Assembly: GCA_963790475.1 (NCBI GenBank)
Contig: CAWBOS010000012.1
Span: 384,001-448,000, forward strand
Length of the DNA stretch: 64,000 nucleotides
Direction of reading: 5' to 3'
From: an uncultured delta proteobacterium
GTDB taxonomy: Bacteria > Desulfobacterota > RBG-13-43-22
Shown here piece after piece: positions 9,048-18,833 of the stretch. A program made the translations under genes and the position numbers. Below the pieces are notes generated by a model. It was not told the DNA's origin, did no database searches, and worked only from the letters and a program-made list of their open reading frames with translations. Numbering within the stretch: position 1 is the first letter of the stretch; every line of letters starts with the position of its first letter.

Positions 9048-10670
9048 ATGAAAGGCTTGATGCAGGATCAACCGCTTTTGATCTCCTCTCTCATCTCCTA
9101 TGCCGGCCTGTACCACGGCGAGGTGGAAATCGTCTCCCGGACCGTAGAGGGTTCCATACACCGCTACGGCTATCAACAGGCCCATAGGCGCTCGAAGCAG
9201 GTGGCCCAGGCGCTCCTGTCCCTGGGGGTGGAACCCGGTGATCGAATTGGCACCCTGGCCTGGAACGGGTACCGGCACTTCGAGCTGTACTTCGGCATTT
9301 CCGGCCTGGGTGCGGTTATGCACACCATCAACCCCAGGCTTTTTCCGGAACAGATCGTCTACATTGCCAACCATGCCGAAGACAGCTACCTGTTCCTGGA
9401 CCTGACCTTTGTCCCCCTGGTCGAATCCATCGCCCACGAACTGGCGACGGTCAAGGGCTTCGTCATCATGACCGACGAGGCCCACATGCCCAAGACCCGG
9501 CTGCCTAATGTCTCGTGTTATGAAACCCTGATCGGAGGCCAGAGCGGCAAATATGACTGGCCTAAGTTAGACGAACAGACGGCCTCCAGCCTGTGTTATA
9601 CCTCGGGGACGACCGGCAATCCCAAAGGGGTTCTCTACTCGCACCGCTCCACCGTGCTCCACAGTTATTGTGTCTGCACGGTGGACGCCCTGGGCCTTTC
9701 CAGCAGTGAGGTGGTTATGCCCGTGGTGCCCATGTTTCACGCCAACGCCTGGGGCAATCCCTATGGGGCGGCCATGTGCGGGGCCAAGATGGTCTTCCCC
9801 GGAGACAGAATGGATGGGCAGTCTATCTACGAACTTTTGGACCAGGAGAAGGTGACCCTGACCCTGGCTGTGCCTACCGTCTGGCTGATGCTTCTCCAGT
9901 ACCTCCGGGAGACCGGCCGGAAGCTGCCCTTTCTGAAACGGGTGCTGATCGGAGGGTCGGCCGTCCCGAAGTCCATGATCCAGACCTTCGAGCAGGAATA
10001 CGATGTCCAGGTCATTCACGGCTGGGGCATGACCGAGATGAGCCCTCTGGGAACGGTTGGCACTCTGAAGTGTAAATTCCGGGACCTGCCCTATGACGAA
10101 AAGCTGAACATCAAGGCCAAGCAGGGCCGGGCCATTTACGGCGTCGATATGAAAATCGTCGATGCCCAGGGCAAAGAGCTGCCTCGGGACGGAAAGGCCT
10201 TCGGACATCTTCTGGTCCGAGGTCCCTGGATCGTCAGCGGTTATTTCAAAGGCGAAGGCGGCCGGATTATTGACGATGAAGGCTGGTTCGACACTGGGGA
10301 CGTGGCCACCCTGGACCCGGACGGTTACATGCAGATCACCGATCGGGCTAAGGATGTGATCAAGTCGGGTGGTGAGTGGATCAGCTCCATCGATCTTGAA
10401 AACGACGCCATGGGGCACCCGGGAGTAGCCGAGGCCGCGGTCATTGGTGTGCCCCATCCGAAATGGGACGAACGTCCCCTTTTGCTGGTGGTCAGAAATA
10501 ATGGGGCGGCGGTCTCCGGAGAGGAAATCCTTGACTACCTGCGGGGCCGGGTGGCCAAATGGCAGGTCCCGGACGCGGTGATCTTCGTCGAGGAACTTCC
10601 CCATACAGCCACCGGCAAACTTCTCAAAACCAAGCTGCGGGAGGATTACAAGGATTTTAAATTGCCCTGA
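9048..10670 (+). CDS. Acyl-CoA ligase, 3-(methylthio)propionyl-CoA ligase (DmdB)/medium-chain fatty acid-CoA ligase-like
   Basis: [16 protein letters not shown]-terminus, [58 protein letters not shown]. Confidence 0.9.
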   Translation: MKGLMQDQPLLISSLISYAGLYHGEVEIVSRTVEGSIHRYGYQQAHRRSKQVAQALLSLGVEPGDRIGTLAWNGYRHFELYFGISGLGAVMHTINPRLFPEQIVYIANHAEDSYLFLDLTFVPLVESIAHELATVKGFVIMTDEAHMPKTRLPNVSCYETLIGGQSGKYDWPKLDEQTASSLCYTSGTTGNPKGVLYSHRSTVLHSYCVCTVDALGLSSSEVVMPVVPMFHANAWGNPYGAAMCGAKMVFPGDRMDGQSIYELLDQEKVTLTLAVPTVWLMLLQYLRETGRKLPFLKRVLIGGSAVPKSMIQTFEQEYDVQVIHGWGMTEMSPLGTVGTLKCKFRDLPYDEKLNIKAKQGRAIYGVDMKIVDAQGKELPRDGKAFGHLLVRGPWIVSGYFKGEGGRIIDDEGWFDTGDVATLDPDGYMQITDRAKDVIKSGGEWISSIDLENDAMGHPGVAEAAVIGVPHPKWDERPLLLVVRNNGAAVSGEEILDYLRGRVAKWQVPDAVIFVEELPHTATGKLLKTKLREDYKDFKLP

Positions 10671-11147
10671 GATCGGCTATGATCATCGAAATCGGAGACG
10701 TCCCCTTGGCGAAATAGGCATGGCCAGCGCATTCCCTTCAGTTGGCTTAAGGGTCGGCGAGCGGACTGACCAAAAATAGAAGTTTATTTTTGAATGAAGC
10801 TCCCCGCACCAAGGTATGGGGAGTTCGATAAACAAGTTTGACTGATCCCTAAAGGGTCATTCAAAAGCCATCTTCGTCATTGCGGGTTTGATTAAGCCTA
10901 CCTTCAATCCGATCCGGGTTTGACCACGTTGACGGCGGAAGCGATTTTTTGGAGATTACCCAGTTTTATTCTAACCCTAACATACCACTTAAAGGCTTAC
11001 CTATTTCTCAGGGGAGGGGTAAGCCCTTTTAGGCTTGATTTTCCCCCTTTCCATTGACAATTGTTTTCTATATCCATTATGATCCTTCTAGAAAAAATAC
11101 GATTTAATATCGTCCCACCATAACAATGGAAGGGAGTCGATTGAATC

Positions 11148-11783
11148 ATGATTCAAAAAAGCAAACCCCAAAGGGAGAGGATGTTGGCCGTTGCCGGGGA
11201 CCTGTTTTGGAAGAAGGGCTACGAAGGCACGACGATGCGGGACATCGCCAAGGCCTGCAGATGCAAGCCCCCCAATATTTATAATTTCTTCCTCAACAAA
11301 GAAACCATCCTTTATGAGATACTCCGGTCACAGTTGGAAAGCCTGATTTCCAGTGTCAGCCATCTGGAAAAGGATGAGACTACACCGCCGGTGGAACAGT
11401 TACGCCTCTTTATAACCGGCCACGCCGATTACATCTTCAGGGTGATCAAAACTTCCAAGTTAGTATTCGATGTTGAATTGGATAGCCTGTCCCCGGCCAA
11501 CCGGAAACGCATTATCAAAATGCGTGATGCCTATGAACATATTCTCAACAAGATTATTCGCCGGGGAATAGAATCAGGTGATTTTGCCCCGATAGACGAG
11601 AAGCTGGCGGCCTACAGCATCATCTCCATGATCATGCGGTCCATAATCTGGTTTTCCCCTGAGGGAAGATTGACCGTCCCCCAGTTGATCGATTTTATGG
11701 TTGATTTTTCCTTGAACGGATTGAGTGGAAAAAGGGACCTGGGCAGGGGGGCGGTTCGTTCCCGATCATCTGTGGTAAAATGA
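11148..11783 (+). CDS. TetR/AcrR family transcriptional regulator (KstR2-like C-terminus)
   Basis: HTH LFWKKGYEGTTMRDIAKAC..IYNFFLNKETIL; C-terminal WFSPEGRLT. Confidence 0.88.
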   Translation: MIQKSKPQRERMLAVAGDLFWKKGYEGTTMRDIAKACRCKPPNIYNFFLNKETILYEILRSQLESLISSVSHLEKDETTPPVEQLRLFITGHADYIFRVIKTSKLVFDVELDSLSPANRKRIIKMRDAYEHILNKIIRRGIESGDFAPIDEKLAAYSIISMIMRSIIWFSPEGRLTVPQLIDFMVDFSLNGLSGKRDLGRGAVRSRSSVVK

Positions 11784-11798
11784 CCGAAATCAAGTCAG

Positions 11799-11832
11799 CC
11801 CCTGTCCAACTTTTTGCCAAGCCGGACAGGGG
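11799..11832. terminator. Hairpin between the convergent TetR and activase genes
   Basis: CCCCTGTCC...GGACAGGGG inverted repeat. Confidence 0.45.
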
Positions 11833-11885
11833 AGTTACTGAGTAGATCAATCGGTGAGCTCAGGGACGGATTCAATAAACAATTG

Positions 11886-12857
11886 TTAACCCTTTTCTTT
11901 GGTCAGCCCTGACCAAAGGACGAAGTCCAATCCTTCGCCTCTTGCCGTCCCAGCCAATTTCTCCATGGTTTCCTCCGGAATCAGGCTCTCATTTTCCAGA
12001 TTCCAGTTGAGCCCTAATCTTTGATATTTTGAAGTGCAGGTATTATTAAATGCCAGAAGATCGTATCGTTCAACGGTAGGAAGGTTTTCCCTTATGAACC
12101 GAGCCGTCTGTCTGATATTTTCCACCGAGTCATTGACCCCCGGGATAATGGGCGTACGTACCCAAATGGGCTTGCCTGTTTTCGATATCCTGCGGGCGTT
12201 TTCCAACACCAAATTTAAAGAGATGCCGGTAAGTTTTCGGTGATTGGCGGTGTTCATTATTTTGAGATCGTAGAGGACCAGGTCGGCCAGGTTCACCAGC
12301 CTTTGCAAGGTCGGCCACTTTGTTCCCCCGCAGGTGTCCAGGGCCAGGTGTATTCTTTCCTTCCTCAATCTCTCCATCAGGGCCACGGAAAAATCGGCCT
12401 GCAAGGAGGCTTCGCCGCCGGACAAGGTTACCCCGCCGCCTGATTTTTCATAAAACACCCGGTCCTGCAAAGCCCTGGCAGCCAGTTCATCGACCGTATA
12501 CTGTTTCCCGATCACCTCCAAGGCGCAGGCTGGGCATACCGTTTCACATTTTCCACAGGCATCGCAAAGGCTCCGATCGATGATCAGCCCTTCAGTAGTC
12601 AAATTCAGGGCCTCATTGGGGCAGACCTTCAGACATTCCTTGGCTCCCAGGCAACGCATTTCATACCAGATCAGTTCCGGAGAAGGTTTTATCCCTTCGG
12701 GATTATGGCACCAGGGACAGTGCATGGGGCAGCCTTTCATGAATAAGGAGGTGCGTATCCCCGGCCCGTCCTCGGTGGAATGAAGCTGGATGTTAAAGAT
12801 GAGGCCCTTCGGGCCGGTTTCCCCGTTTGTTATGGGATTGACAATCGAGTGAGACAT
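11886..12857 (-). CDS. Glycyl-radical enzyme activating protein (radical SAM with ferredoxin insert)
   Basis: IFNIQLHSTEDGPGIRT, GCPMHCPWCHNPE (CxxxCxxC), insert CLGAKECLKVCP..CDACGKCETVCP, SGGGVTLSGGE, LYDLK, RTPIIPGVND. Confidence 0.95.
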   Translation of the reverse strand: MSHSIVNPITNGETGPKGLIFNIQLHSTEDGPGIRTSLFMKGCPMHCPWCHNPEGIKPSPELIWYEMRCLGAKECLKVCPNEALNLTTEGLIIDRSLCDACGKCETVCPACALEVIGKQYTVDELAARALQDRVFYEKSGGGVTLSGGEASLQADFSVALMERLRKERIHLALDTCGGTKWPTLQRLVNLADLVLYDLKIMNTANHRKLTGISLNLVLENARRISKTGKPIWVRTPIIPGVNDSVENIRQTARFIRENLPTVERYDLLAFNNTCTSKYQRLGLNWNLENESLIPEETMEKLAGTARGEGLDFVLWSGLTKEKG

Positions 12858-12870
12858 AGTGGTCAGATTG

Positions 12871-12945
12871 GCGAGTTACGGGTTACGGGTTTAAAAGGTG
12901 GGCCCTTTTTCTATTCACCCGCAACCCGGAACCCGCAACATGCAA
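12871..12945. repeat. Intergenic heptamer tandem/inverted repeat
   Basis: GAGTTAC GGGTTAC GGGTTT ... CCCGCAA CCCGGAA CCCGCAA CATGCAA. Confidence 0.75.
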
Positions 12946-12953
12946 AGGATTAG

Positions 12954-15401
12954 TTAAATATCAAATTCCGTCCGGGCGATAATATCGTCCTGAAGGCCCT
13001 TGGACAGGTCCACAAAGCGATAGGAATATCCTGAAACCTTGACCATCAAATCAGGATAATTCCCCGGATTTTTTTGCGCGTCTAACAGGGTTTCCCGGCC
13101 CATGGGATTAAACTGGACCTGCCTGCCCCCCATTTCAAAATAACCTTCAATCAGGGCAGCAAATTTTTCTAAATTCTCTTCCGATTTTAGGGTCAGAGGA
13201 TTCAGGTTCATGTTCAAGGCTGTGCCACCGGATAATTTCGCCTGGCAGGCCTGCGCGGCCGAATGGAACACGGCAGTCATTCCATTGATATCCGTGCCGT
13301 TTGTGGGAGACATGCCATTGGATACAGCATCTCGGGCCAATCGACCGTCCGGCGTAGCGCCGAGGGCGTGGCCGGCCAAAACCTGTCCGCCGGCTGAAAT
13401 CATGAGCCCCCTGTAGGTACCGCCGTCCATAGGGCGTTTGTGTTTCCGGGATTCCTTGTCCAATAAATCTGTGACCCACAGGGCAATGGCGTCGGCCTTC
13501 GGATCGTTGGTACCGTACTTGGGCGCTTTGCGGAGCAATTGCTGTCTCAATTCTTCAGCACCTTTGAAATTATTGCGCAGATGTCTGACCAATTCCGCCA
13601 AGGTCACCAAATTTTCATCAAAAACAGCCCATTGGATCGCGGCCAGAGAATTGACCACCGTGGCCAGACCGTGGGCTGACACGGTACTATGATTGTATTT
13701 GGCCCCTCCCTGGGTAATGTCTCGGCCCGACTCGATGCAACCCTCGATGGTGGAGGATATAAGCGGCGTGGGGAAACCTTTGGCGAAGACCTCGTCCTTC
13801 ACGTCGCTGATCTTGACCATCATGGATACGGAATTGGACAACTGGGCGGCAAAGGCTTTTTTCACATCCTCAAATGACTTCATTTCAGAGACGGTCGGGG
13901 TCTTGACGCCGACCTCTTCCCACTTAGCCGCATACAGGCGGCCTTCGTTCAAGGTCGACTCAATGACCCGTTCGAAATGGCAAGAACTACCTGAACAATA
14001 ACCGTTACTGTTTCCCGTGCCGGCCAGTTCGGCGCAGCCAATGATGCTGTAATCCCTGGCGTCTTCGAGTGCGTAGCCATCCGCCATCAAGTCCTGGGTG
14101 GCCACCGTGTCGTTGTAAAAGGCGATGCCGGCTGTCCGCCTATGAACTTCGCAGGCCTTTAGCAGGAATTCCCGGGGCGTAACAGGGGCAATCCGGACGG
14201 CCAAACCGTTACGCAGGCCCTTCAAACGTCTTAAGCTTTCCAGCATCAGGTAGGAGACGTCGTTGACGGCATTTTTTCCGTTTCGATCCATCCCCCCGAT
14301 AGTGACGTTATTGGGACCGAACCCGTTGTAATGCGATAGCTTAATAAAATATTCTTCGACGATCTCCAGGCCTTCGTCTGGAGTGATCCGCCCGGCTTCC
14401 AAGTCTGCCTTGAAATAGGAGCAAAGGAACTGATCCATACGGCCGGGACAAAATATGGAGTCCTCGCCGTAGCTGATGGTCATCAGGACCTGGGTCATCC
14501 AGACGGATTGGACGGCCTCGATAAAAGTGCGGGGAGGCTCCGCCGGCACGCGGCGGCAGCGATCGGCGATGGCCAGCAGTTCCATTTTCCTGGCCCCTTC
14601 CGACTTTCGGGCCATCTCTTCCGCCAGGTCGGCATAGCGTTCGGTGTGCTCGCACACCGCATTGGCCGCCTCTTGGACCGATTCCAGGAAGTCCTGGCGC
14701 TGTTCGTAGTCTTGGTCTCCCTCTTTGAGCAGTCTTAGTTGTACGGCCGCCTGATCGGCAATGCCTTTGAAGCCCATCTCGAGAACTTTCTTCATACCGA
14801 TGGTGACATGCCCCTGCATATCAGCAACACCGGCAACGCTGGGTGTTGGCTGTTCCTTGGAAATTAAGCCTTCTTTCAGCCATTGGGCATGCATGAGACT
14901 CGACATGTTTTTGCCCAGCCAGTAAGGGTTGATTTCCTCCTTCATTTCCCTAATTTCGTCATCCGGCATGGTGAGCAGTTCTTTCAGCCACTCCGGGTTG
15001 CCGCCGTGACCGTTCTCCAACCAGCCGATGGAATTGACGTCCTGGCCGTGAAAAGGCATGGCAATCATGTTTACACGGTCCATATAGGTTCTTTCAATTC
15101 CCATGGGGCCGGCGATATTCTTACTCGCCTTTGCCCCGACCAGCCTCGCCTCATCATCAATCCTGATGGACATATAGCGAAGTGTTTCCGTAAGCCCCAG
15201 AGCTGCGCGCTTGCAGGGCGGACCACCTTCCGTACGCTTATAAGCCCTGGTATAATATCTGGCCCGCTCAATATCCCCTTCATAGGGACTGGCCAGTAAA
15301 GTCTCTCTCATCCGGCCGATCCTTTCGGAATATAATAAATCCTGGTCAGACGTTTCAAATACCTCTCGATTTATTTCTCTGGCTGCGGTTGTTGCTTCCA
15401 T
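12954..15401 (-). CDS. Glycyl radical enzyme (PFL2/dehydratase-like superfamily), paralog 2
   Basis: Start moved to ATG 15401 (RBS AAGGAG). Cys loop YSIIGCAE, PGRMDQ, PKYGTND, ATPDGR, QVQFN, Gly loop LMVKVSGYS, C-terminal QDDIIART. Confidence 0.93.
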   Translation of the reverse strand: MEATTAAREINREVFETSDQDLLYSERIGRMRETLLASPYEGDIERARYYTRAYKRTEGGPPCKRAALGLTETLRYMSIRIDDEARLVGAKASKNIAGPMGIERTYMDRVNMIAMPFHGQDVNSIGWLENGHGGNPEWLKELLTMPDDEIREMKEEINPYWLGKNMSSLMHAQWLKEGLISKEQPTPSVAGVADMQGHVTIGMKKVLEMGFKGIADQAAVQLRLLKEGDQDYEQRQDFLESVQEAANAVCEHTERYADLAEEMARKSEGARKMELLAIADRCRRVPAEPPRTFIEAVQSVWMTQVLMTISYGEDSIFCPGRMDQFLCSYFKADLEAGRITPDEGLEIVEEYFIKLSHYNGFGPNNVTIGGMDRNGKNAVNDVSYLMLESLRRLKGLRNGLAVRIAPVTPREFLLKACEVHRRTAGIAFYNDTVATQDLMADGYALEDARDYSIIGCAELAGTGNSNGYCSGSSCHFERVIESTLNEGRLYAAKWEEVGVKTPTVSEMKSFEDVKKAFAAQLSNSVSMMVKISDVKDEVFAKGFPTPLISSTIEGCIESGRDITQGGAKYNHSTVSAHGLATVVNSLAAIQWAVFDENLVTLAELVRHLRNNFKGAEELRQQLLRKAPKYGTNDPKADAIALWVTDLLDKESRKHKRPMDGGTYRGLMISAGGQVLAGHALGATPDGRLARDAVSNGMSPTNGTDINGMTAVFHSAAQACQAKLSGGTALNMNLNPLTLKSEENLEKFAALIEGYFEMGGRQVQFNPMGRETLLDAQKNPGNYPDLMVKVSGYSYRFVDLSKGLQDDIIARTEFDI

Positions 15402-15522
15402 TTTTTTCTCCTTATGATAAAAGAATTTTTCCTCTCCCTCATTCTTAGAAAACACTATTTGTCATGAGAACTAGGTTGGCTTAATATATTTGAATTATTT
15501 CTTTTTCAGGTCCCGTTTTTTT

Positions 15523-15546
15523 CTCCGAACTCCGAACTCCGAACTT
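15523..15546. repeat. Heptamer tandem repeat
   Basis: (CTCCGAA)x3 between the two GRE genes. Confidence 0.7.
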
Positions 15547-15568
15547 TTAACTCTTTACTTATTTCCCT

Positions 15569-18007
15569 TTACACCTCAAACTCCGTCCGTTCGATGATAT
15601 CGTTTTGAAGGGCCTTTGACAGATCAACAAACCGAAAGGAATAGCCCGAAACCTTGACCATCAGGTCAGGGTAGTTTTTCGGATTTTTCTGGGCATCCTT
15701 CAGGGTCTCTCGGCTCATGGGGTTGAATTGCACCTGCCGGCCGCCCAGGTCGAAATAACCTTCGATCAGCGAAACGAATTTGTCCAGACCCTCATCGGTC
15801 CTTATGGTCAGGGGGTTGAGATTCATATTGAAACCACAGCCATTGGACATGTTGGGAAAGCAGACCTGGGCGACAGAACGCATGGCGGCGGTCATGCCGT
15901 TTCGCTCGGTGCCGTTTGCCGGGGATATACCGTTGGAAACCGGCTGTCTGGCTAATCTCCCATCGGGAGTGGCCCAGCAATCACGGCCTTCGAAAAGCTG
16001 GGTTCCCGAGGCTACCAGTAGGGTGCGGTATACCCCGCCCTGCAGACGTTGATGTTTTCTGGCCTCCCGGCTGTAAAGGTCCGTTACCCAAAGGGCCAGT
16101 TCATCCACTTTGGGGTCGGCGTTACCGTATTTCGGGGCTTTGTGGATGAGCTGCTGCCTAAGGAGATCGGCCCCCTCGAAATTTTTACGCAAGTGTTTAA
16201 CCAGCTCTTCCAGGGTTATCAGTTTTTCCTCGAAAACGGCCCAGCGGATGGCCGCTAGGGAATTGGCGACAGTAGCTATGCCTCTGGCCGAGACGGAACC
16301 GTGGTTGTAAAAAGCACCGCCCCGGGTGATGTCCTGCCCGGATTCGAGGCATCCTTCAATAGTCGATGACAACAGGGGGGCGGGGAAGGAATCGGCGAAA
16401 AGCTGATCCTTGATCGTTGTTTTTTGGGCCATCAGGCCCATACTGTAGGAGAGCTGATCGGCAAAGGCCTTCTTGACTTCTTCAAAGCTCTTGAATTCAC
16501 CGGCCGGTGGGGTCTTGATCCCCAGTTGTTGCCAATTATAGGAGAAGGCCCGGCCCTCGTTCAGGGCCATCTCCAGGACGACTGAAAGGCGGACCCCGCT
16601 GCCGGCCGTATATCCGCTATTGTTTCCGGTGCCGGTGGGTTCCACACACCCGACAATCGAGTAATCCCGGGCATCTTCCAAGGCATAACCGTCTTTGAGC
16701 AAGTCCCTGATGACCACCGCATCATTGTAAAAGGCGACGCCGGCGGTATAGCGATGGGTCTCAGAGGCCTTGACCAGAAAATCACGGGGCGTTTTTTCTG
16801 AAATCCTTACGGCCAGGCCGTTGCGAAGTCCTTTCAGTCGCTGGTGGGCGTCGAGCATCAAATAAGAAAGTTCGTTGACCGCGTTGTCTCCATTCCGGTT
16901 AAGACCGCCGATAGTCACGTTATTAGGACCAAAGGAGATAAAGGTGGACAGTTTGATATAATATTCCTCGACGGCTTCCAGGCTATCTTCATAGGTAATC
17001 AGCGCGCTTTCCCGGTCTTTTTGGTAGTAGGGGTACAAAAATTGATCGACCCGGCCGGGACAGATGATCGAATCTTCACCGTAGCTCAATACCAGCAAGG
17101 CCTGGGTCATCCAGATGGACTGAAGGGCTTCCAGAAATGTACGTGGGGGTTCTGCCGGCACCCGCCAACAGCGAGAAGCAATCTGAAACAGTTCCCTTTT
17201 CCTTTGTCCATCCGCCTTTTGGGCCATCTCTTCAGCCAGGGAGGCATAGCGTTCGGCGTGCTTACACACGGCTGACGCTGTGACCTGAACGGATTCCAGA
17301 AAATCTTTGCGGAGGAAAAACTGGTCATCGTTGGGGTTAAGCTTAGTCAGTTGCCGCGCGGCCTGGGCGGCGATGCCCTTGAAACCCATAGTCAGCACTT
17401 TTCCAAGGCCGGCGGTTACATGCCCTTGCATATCGGCAATCTCGACCGGCGACGCAGACGGCTCATCTTTTTTATATAACCCCGCCTGTTTCCAGCCTAT
17501 GATCATCCTGCTTCTGATATCCTTGCCTTCCCAGTAGGGCAGGATTTCTTTGGTCAGCTCTTTGTGCATTTCTTCCGGCATATTAAGGAGAGACTTTAAA
17601 AATTCAGGACTTTGGCTTCCGGCCTTGTCCAAAAATCCAATATCATCGACGTCCTTGCCGTGAAAATTGGTGCCTATCAGAGTGACCATGCTTTTTGAGG
17701 ATCTTTCGATGCCGATGGGGCCGGCCACCTTCTTGAAGGTTTTTGCGCCCACCAGCCTTTCGTCGTCCTCGATCTTGATGGACATATGACGCAGGGTCTC
17801 CTCCAGTCCTTTGGCCGCCCGCAAGCAGGGAGGATCATTCTCTGTTTGCTTATAGCTCCTGGTATAATACCGGGCCCGCTCGATATCCGCCTCATAAGGG
17901 CTGGACAGCAGGTTTTCCCTTAAGCGGCCAATCCGCTCTGAATAAGGAACACCCCCAAGAACAGCCTTCCCTTCCGAAATTCCGGACCTATTGATTTGAG
18001 TCGTCAT
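15569..18007 (-). CDS. Glycyl radical enzyme (PFL2/dehydratase-like superfamily), paralog 1
   Basis: Cys loop YSIVGCVEP, PGRVDQ, PKYGNAD, ATPDGR, QVQFN, Gly loop LMVKVSGYS, C-terminal QNDIIERT. Confidence 0.93.
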   Translation of the reverse strand: MTTQINRSGISEGKAVLGGVPYSERIGRLRENLLSSPYEADIERARYYTRSYKQTENDPPCLRAAKGLEETLRHMSIKIEDDERLVGAKTFKKVAGPIGIERSSKSMVTLIGTNFHGKDVDDIGFLDKAGSQSPEFLKSLLNMPEEMHKELTKEILPYWEGKDIRSRMIIGWKQAGLYKKDEPSASPVEIADMQGHVTAGLGKVLTMGFKGIAAQAARQLTKLNPNDDQFFLRKDFLESVQVTASAVCKHAERYASLAEEMAQKADGQRKRELFQIASRCWRVPAEPPRTFLEALQSIWMTQALLVLSYGEDSIICPGRVDQFLYPYYQKDRESALITYEDSLEAVEEYYIKLSTFISFGPNNVTIGGLNRNGDNAVNELSYLMLDAHQRLKGLRNGLAVRISEKTPRDFLVKASETHRYTAGVAFYNDAVVIRDLLKDGYALEDARDYSIVGCVEPTGTGNNSGYTAGSGVRLSVVLEMALNEGRAFSYNWQQLGIKTPPAGEFKSFEEVKKAFADQLSYSMGLMAQKTTIKDQLFADSFPAPLLSSTIEGCLESGQDITRGGAFYNHGSVSARGIATVANSLAAIRWAVFEEKLITLEELVKHLRKNFEGADLLRQQLIHKAPKYGNADPKVDELALWVTDLYSREARKHQRLQGGVYRTLLVASGTQLFEGRDCWATPDGRLARQPVSNGISPANGTERNGMTAAMRSVAQVCFPNMSNGCGFNMNLNPLTIRTDEGLDKFVSLIEGYFDLGGRQVQFNPMSRETLKDAQKNPKNYPDLMVKVSGYSFRFVDLSKALQNDIIERTEFEV

Positions 18008-18021
18008 AACTTGATACCCCT

Positions 18022-18240
18022 TCAGTTAACCATAAATTGTGGTCCATTTTTTATAAGTTTGGTCGCCTCCTTGATGATCCGGTCGACCAGGTCCTGGACC
18101 TTAGGCAGGCCTTCCACCCTCTGGCGCATTCTTAGCCAGCCATGAGGGCCTTTCCCCGGTTCCCCCGACCACGGCCTTGATGACCTCCCCTTCTTTGGCC
18201 ACCAGTTCCTCGGCACCGGGGGTGTTATATCCATCGGGTG
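18022..18240 (-). pseudogene. Remnant of a nitronate monooxygenase/FabK-like flavoprotein gene
   Basis: C-terminal QRVEGLPKVQDLVDRIIKEA resembles the end of NMO/FabK-family proteins; the upstream part lies in another frame and there is no intact gene. Confidence 0.45.
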
Positions 18241-18278
18241 TATCCAAATCAATCGAGAGGGAATGGGTTTTTGAATAT

Positions 18279-18328
18279 ATTACTTATGTAATAAGCTTAA
18301 ATTAAATAAATCGAATTGGTATGTCAAG
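18279..18328 (-). promoter_or_regulatory. Promoter and operator of the GRE operon
   Basis: Minus strand reads CTTGACATACCAATTCG ATTTATTTAATTT ... ATTACATAAGTAAT (operator at 18279-18292). Confidence 0.75.
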
Positions 18329-18833
18329 TTAAAAAAACACTGCATCTTATATTAACTTAATAGTTTAAAGTGTGGCAAAAGAAGATCTAGAAAAAGAAAG
18401 GAGATCATTGGGCCTACCGTTTATGCCAGCCGGAAAACCTCCCGTCCCCTTTCAAAAAGATTTTTGACAACCTCCTATGAGAAGATTACCAAAAAAGACG
18501 ATTCGGGGATAACTTATCCCTTTCCTCTTGGTCAGGATATTTTGAAAATCCATCCTTCCATTGATTCTTTTGTATTTATTGGGGGAAGCGATTTATTTGT
18601 GTTACATTATTTCGGTCATCATCGTTTCAATAGTCCATAAAAGGGATCTTCAACAAAACCGCAAGGGATAGGGGCGGAATGAAACCCGGCTTGGTAAATT
18701 TTGGGATACAAGACTATGAAGACCTGAACAATGCCGTAGCTTTGTGAAATTTACAAGTTCCTCTTTACCATCTCTGGGATTTCTGTTAAAGGTTACAAAG
18801 GCGCATGGATGAATTCCAAGGAAATATTTAAAA

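Noticed and set aside
9567-10604. 345-aa antisense ORF, and similar long antisense ORFs at 21589-22581 and 23527-24582
   Set aside because: Antisense to well-supported genes; expected from codon bias; no motifs.
10797-10825. CTCCCCGC...GGGGAG hairpin (a similar one lies at 19768-19795) as an IS200/IS605 end
   Set aside because: Only short imperfect hairpins with no tnpA or tnpB nearby; cannot be supported beyond a generic palindrome.
12954-18007. Calling the GREs pyruvate formate-lyase or benzylsuccinate synthase
   Set aside because: They lack the PFL Cys-Cys pair and no Bss small subunits are present.
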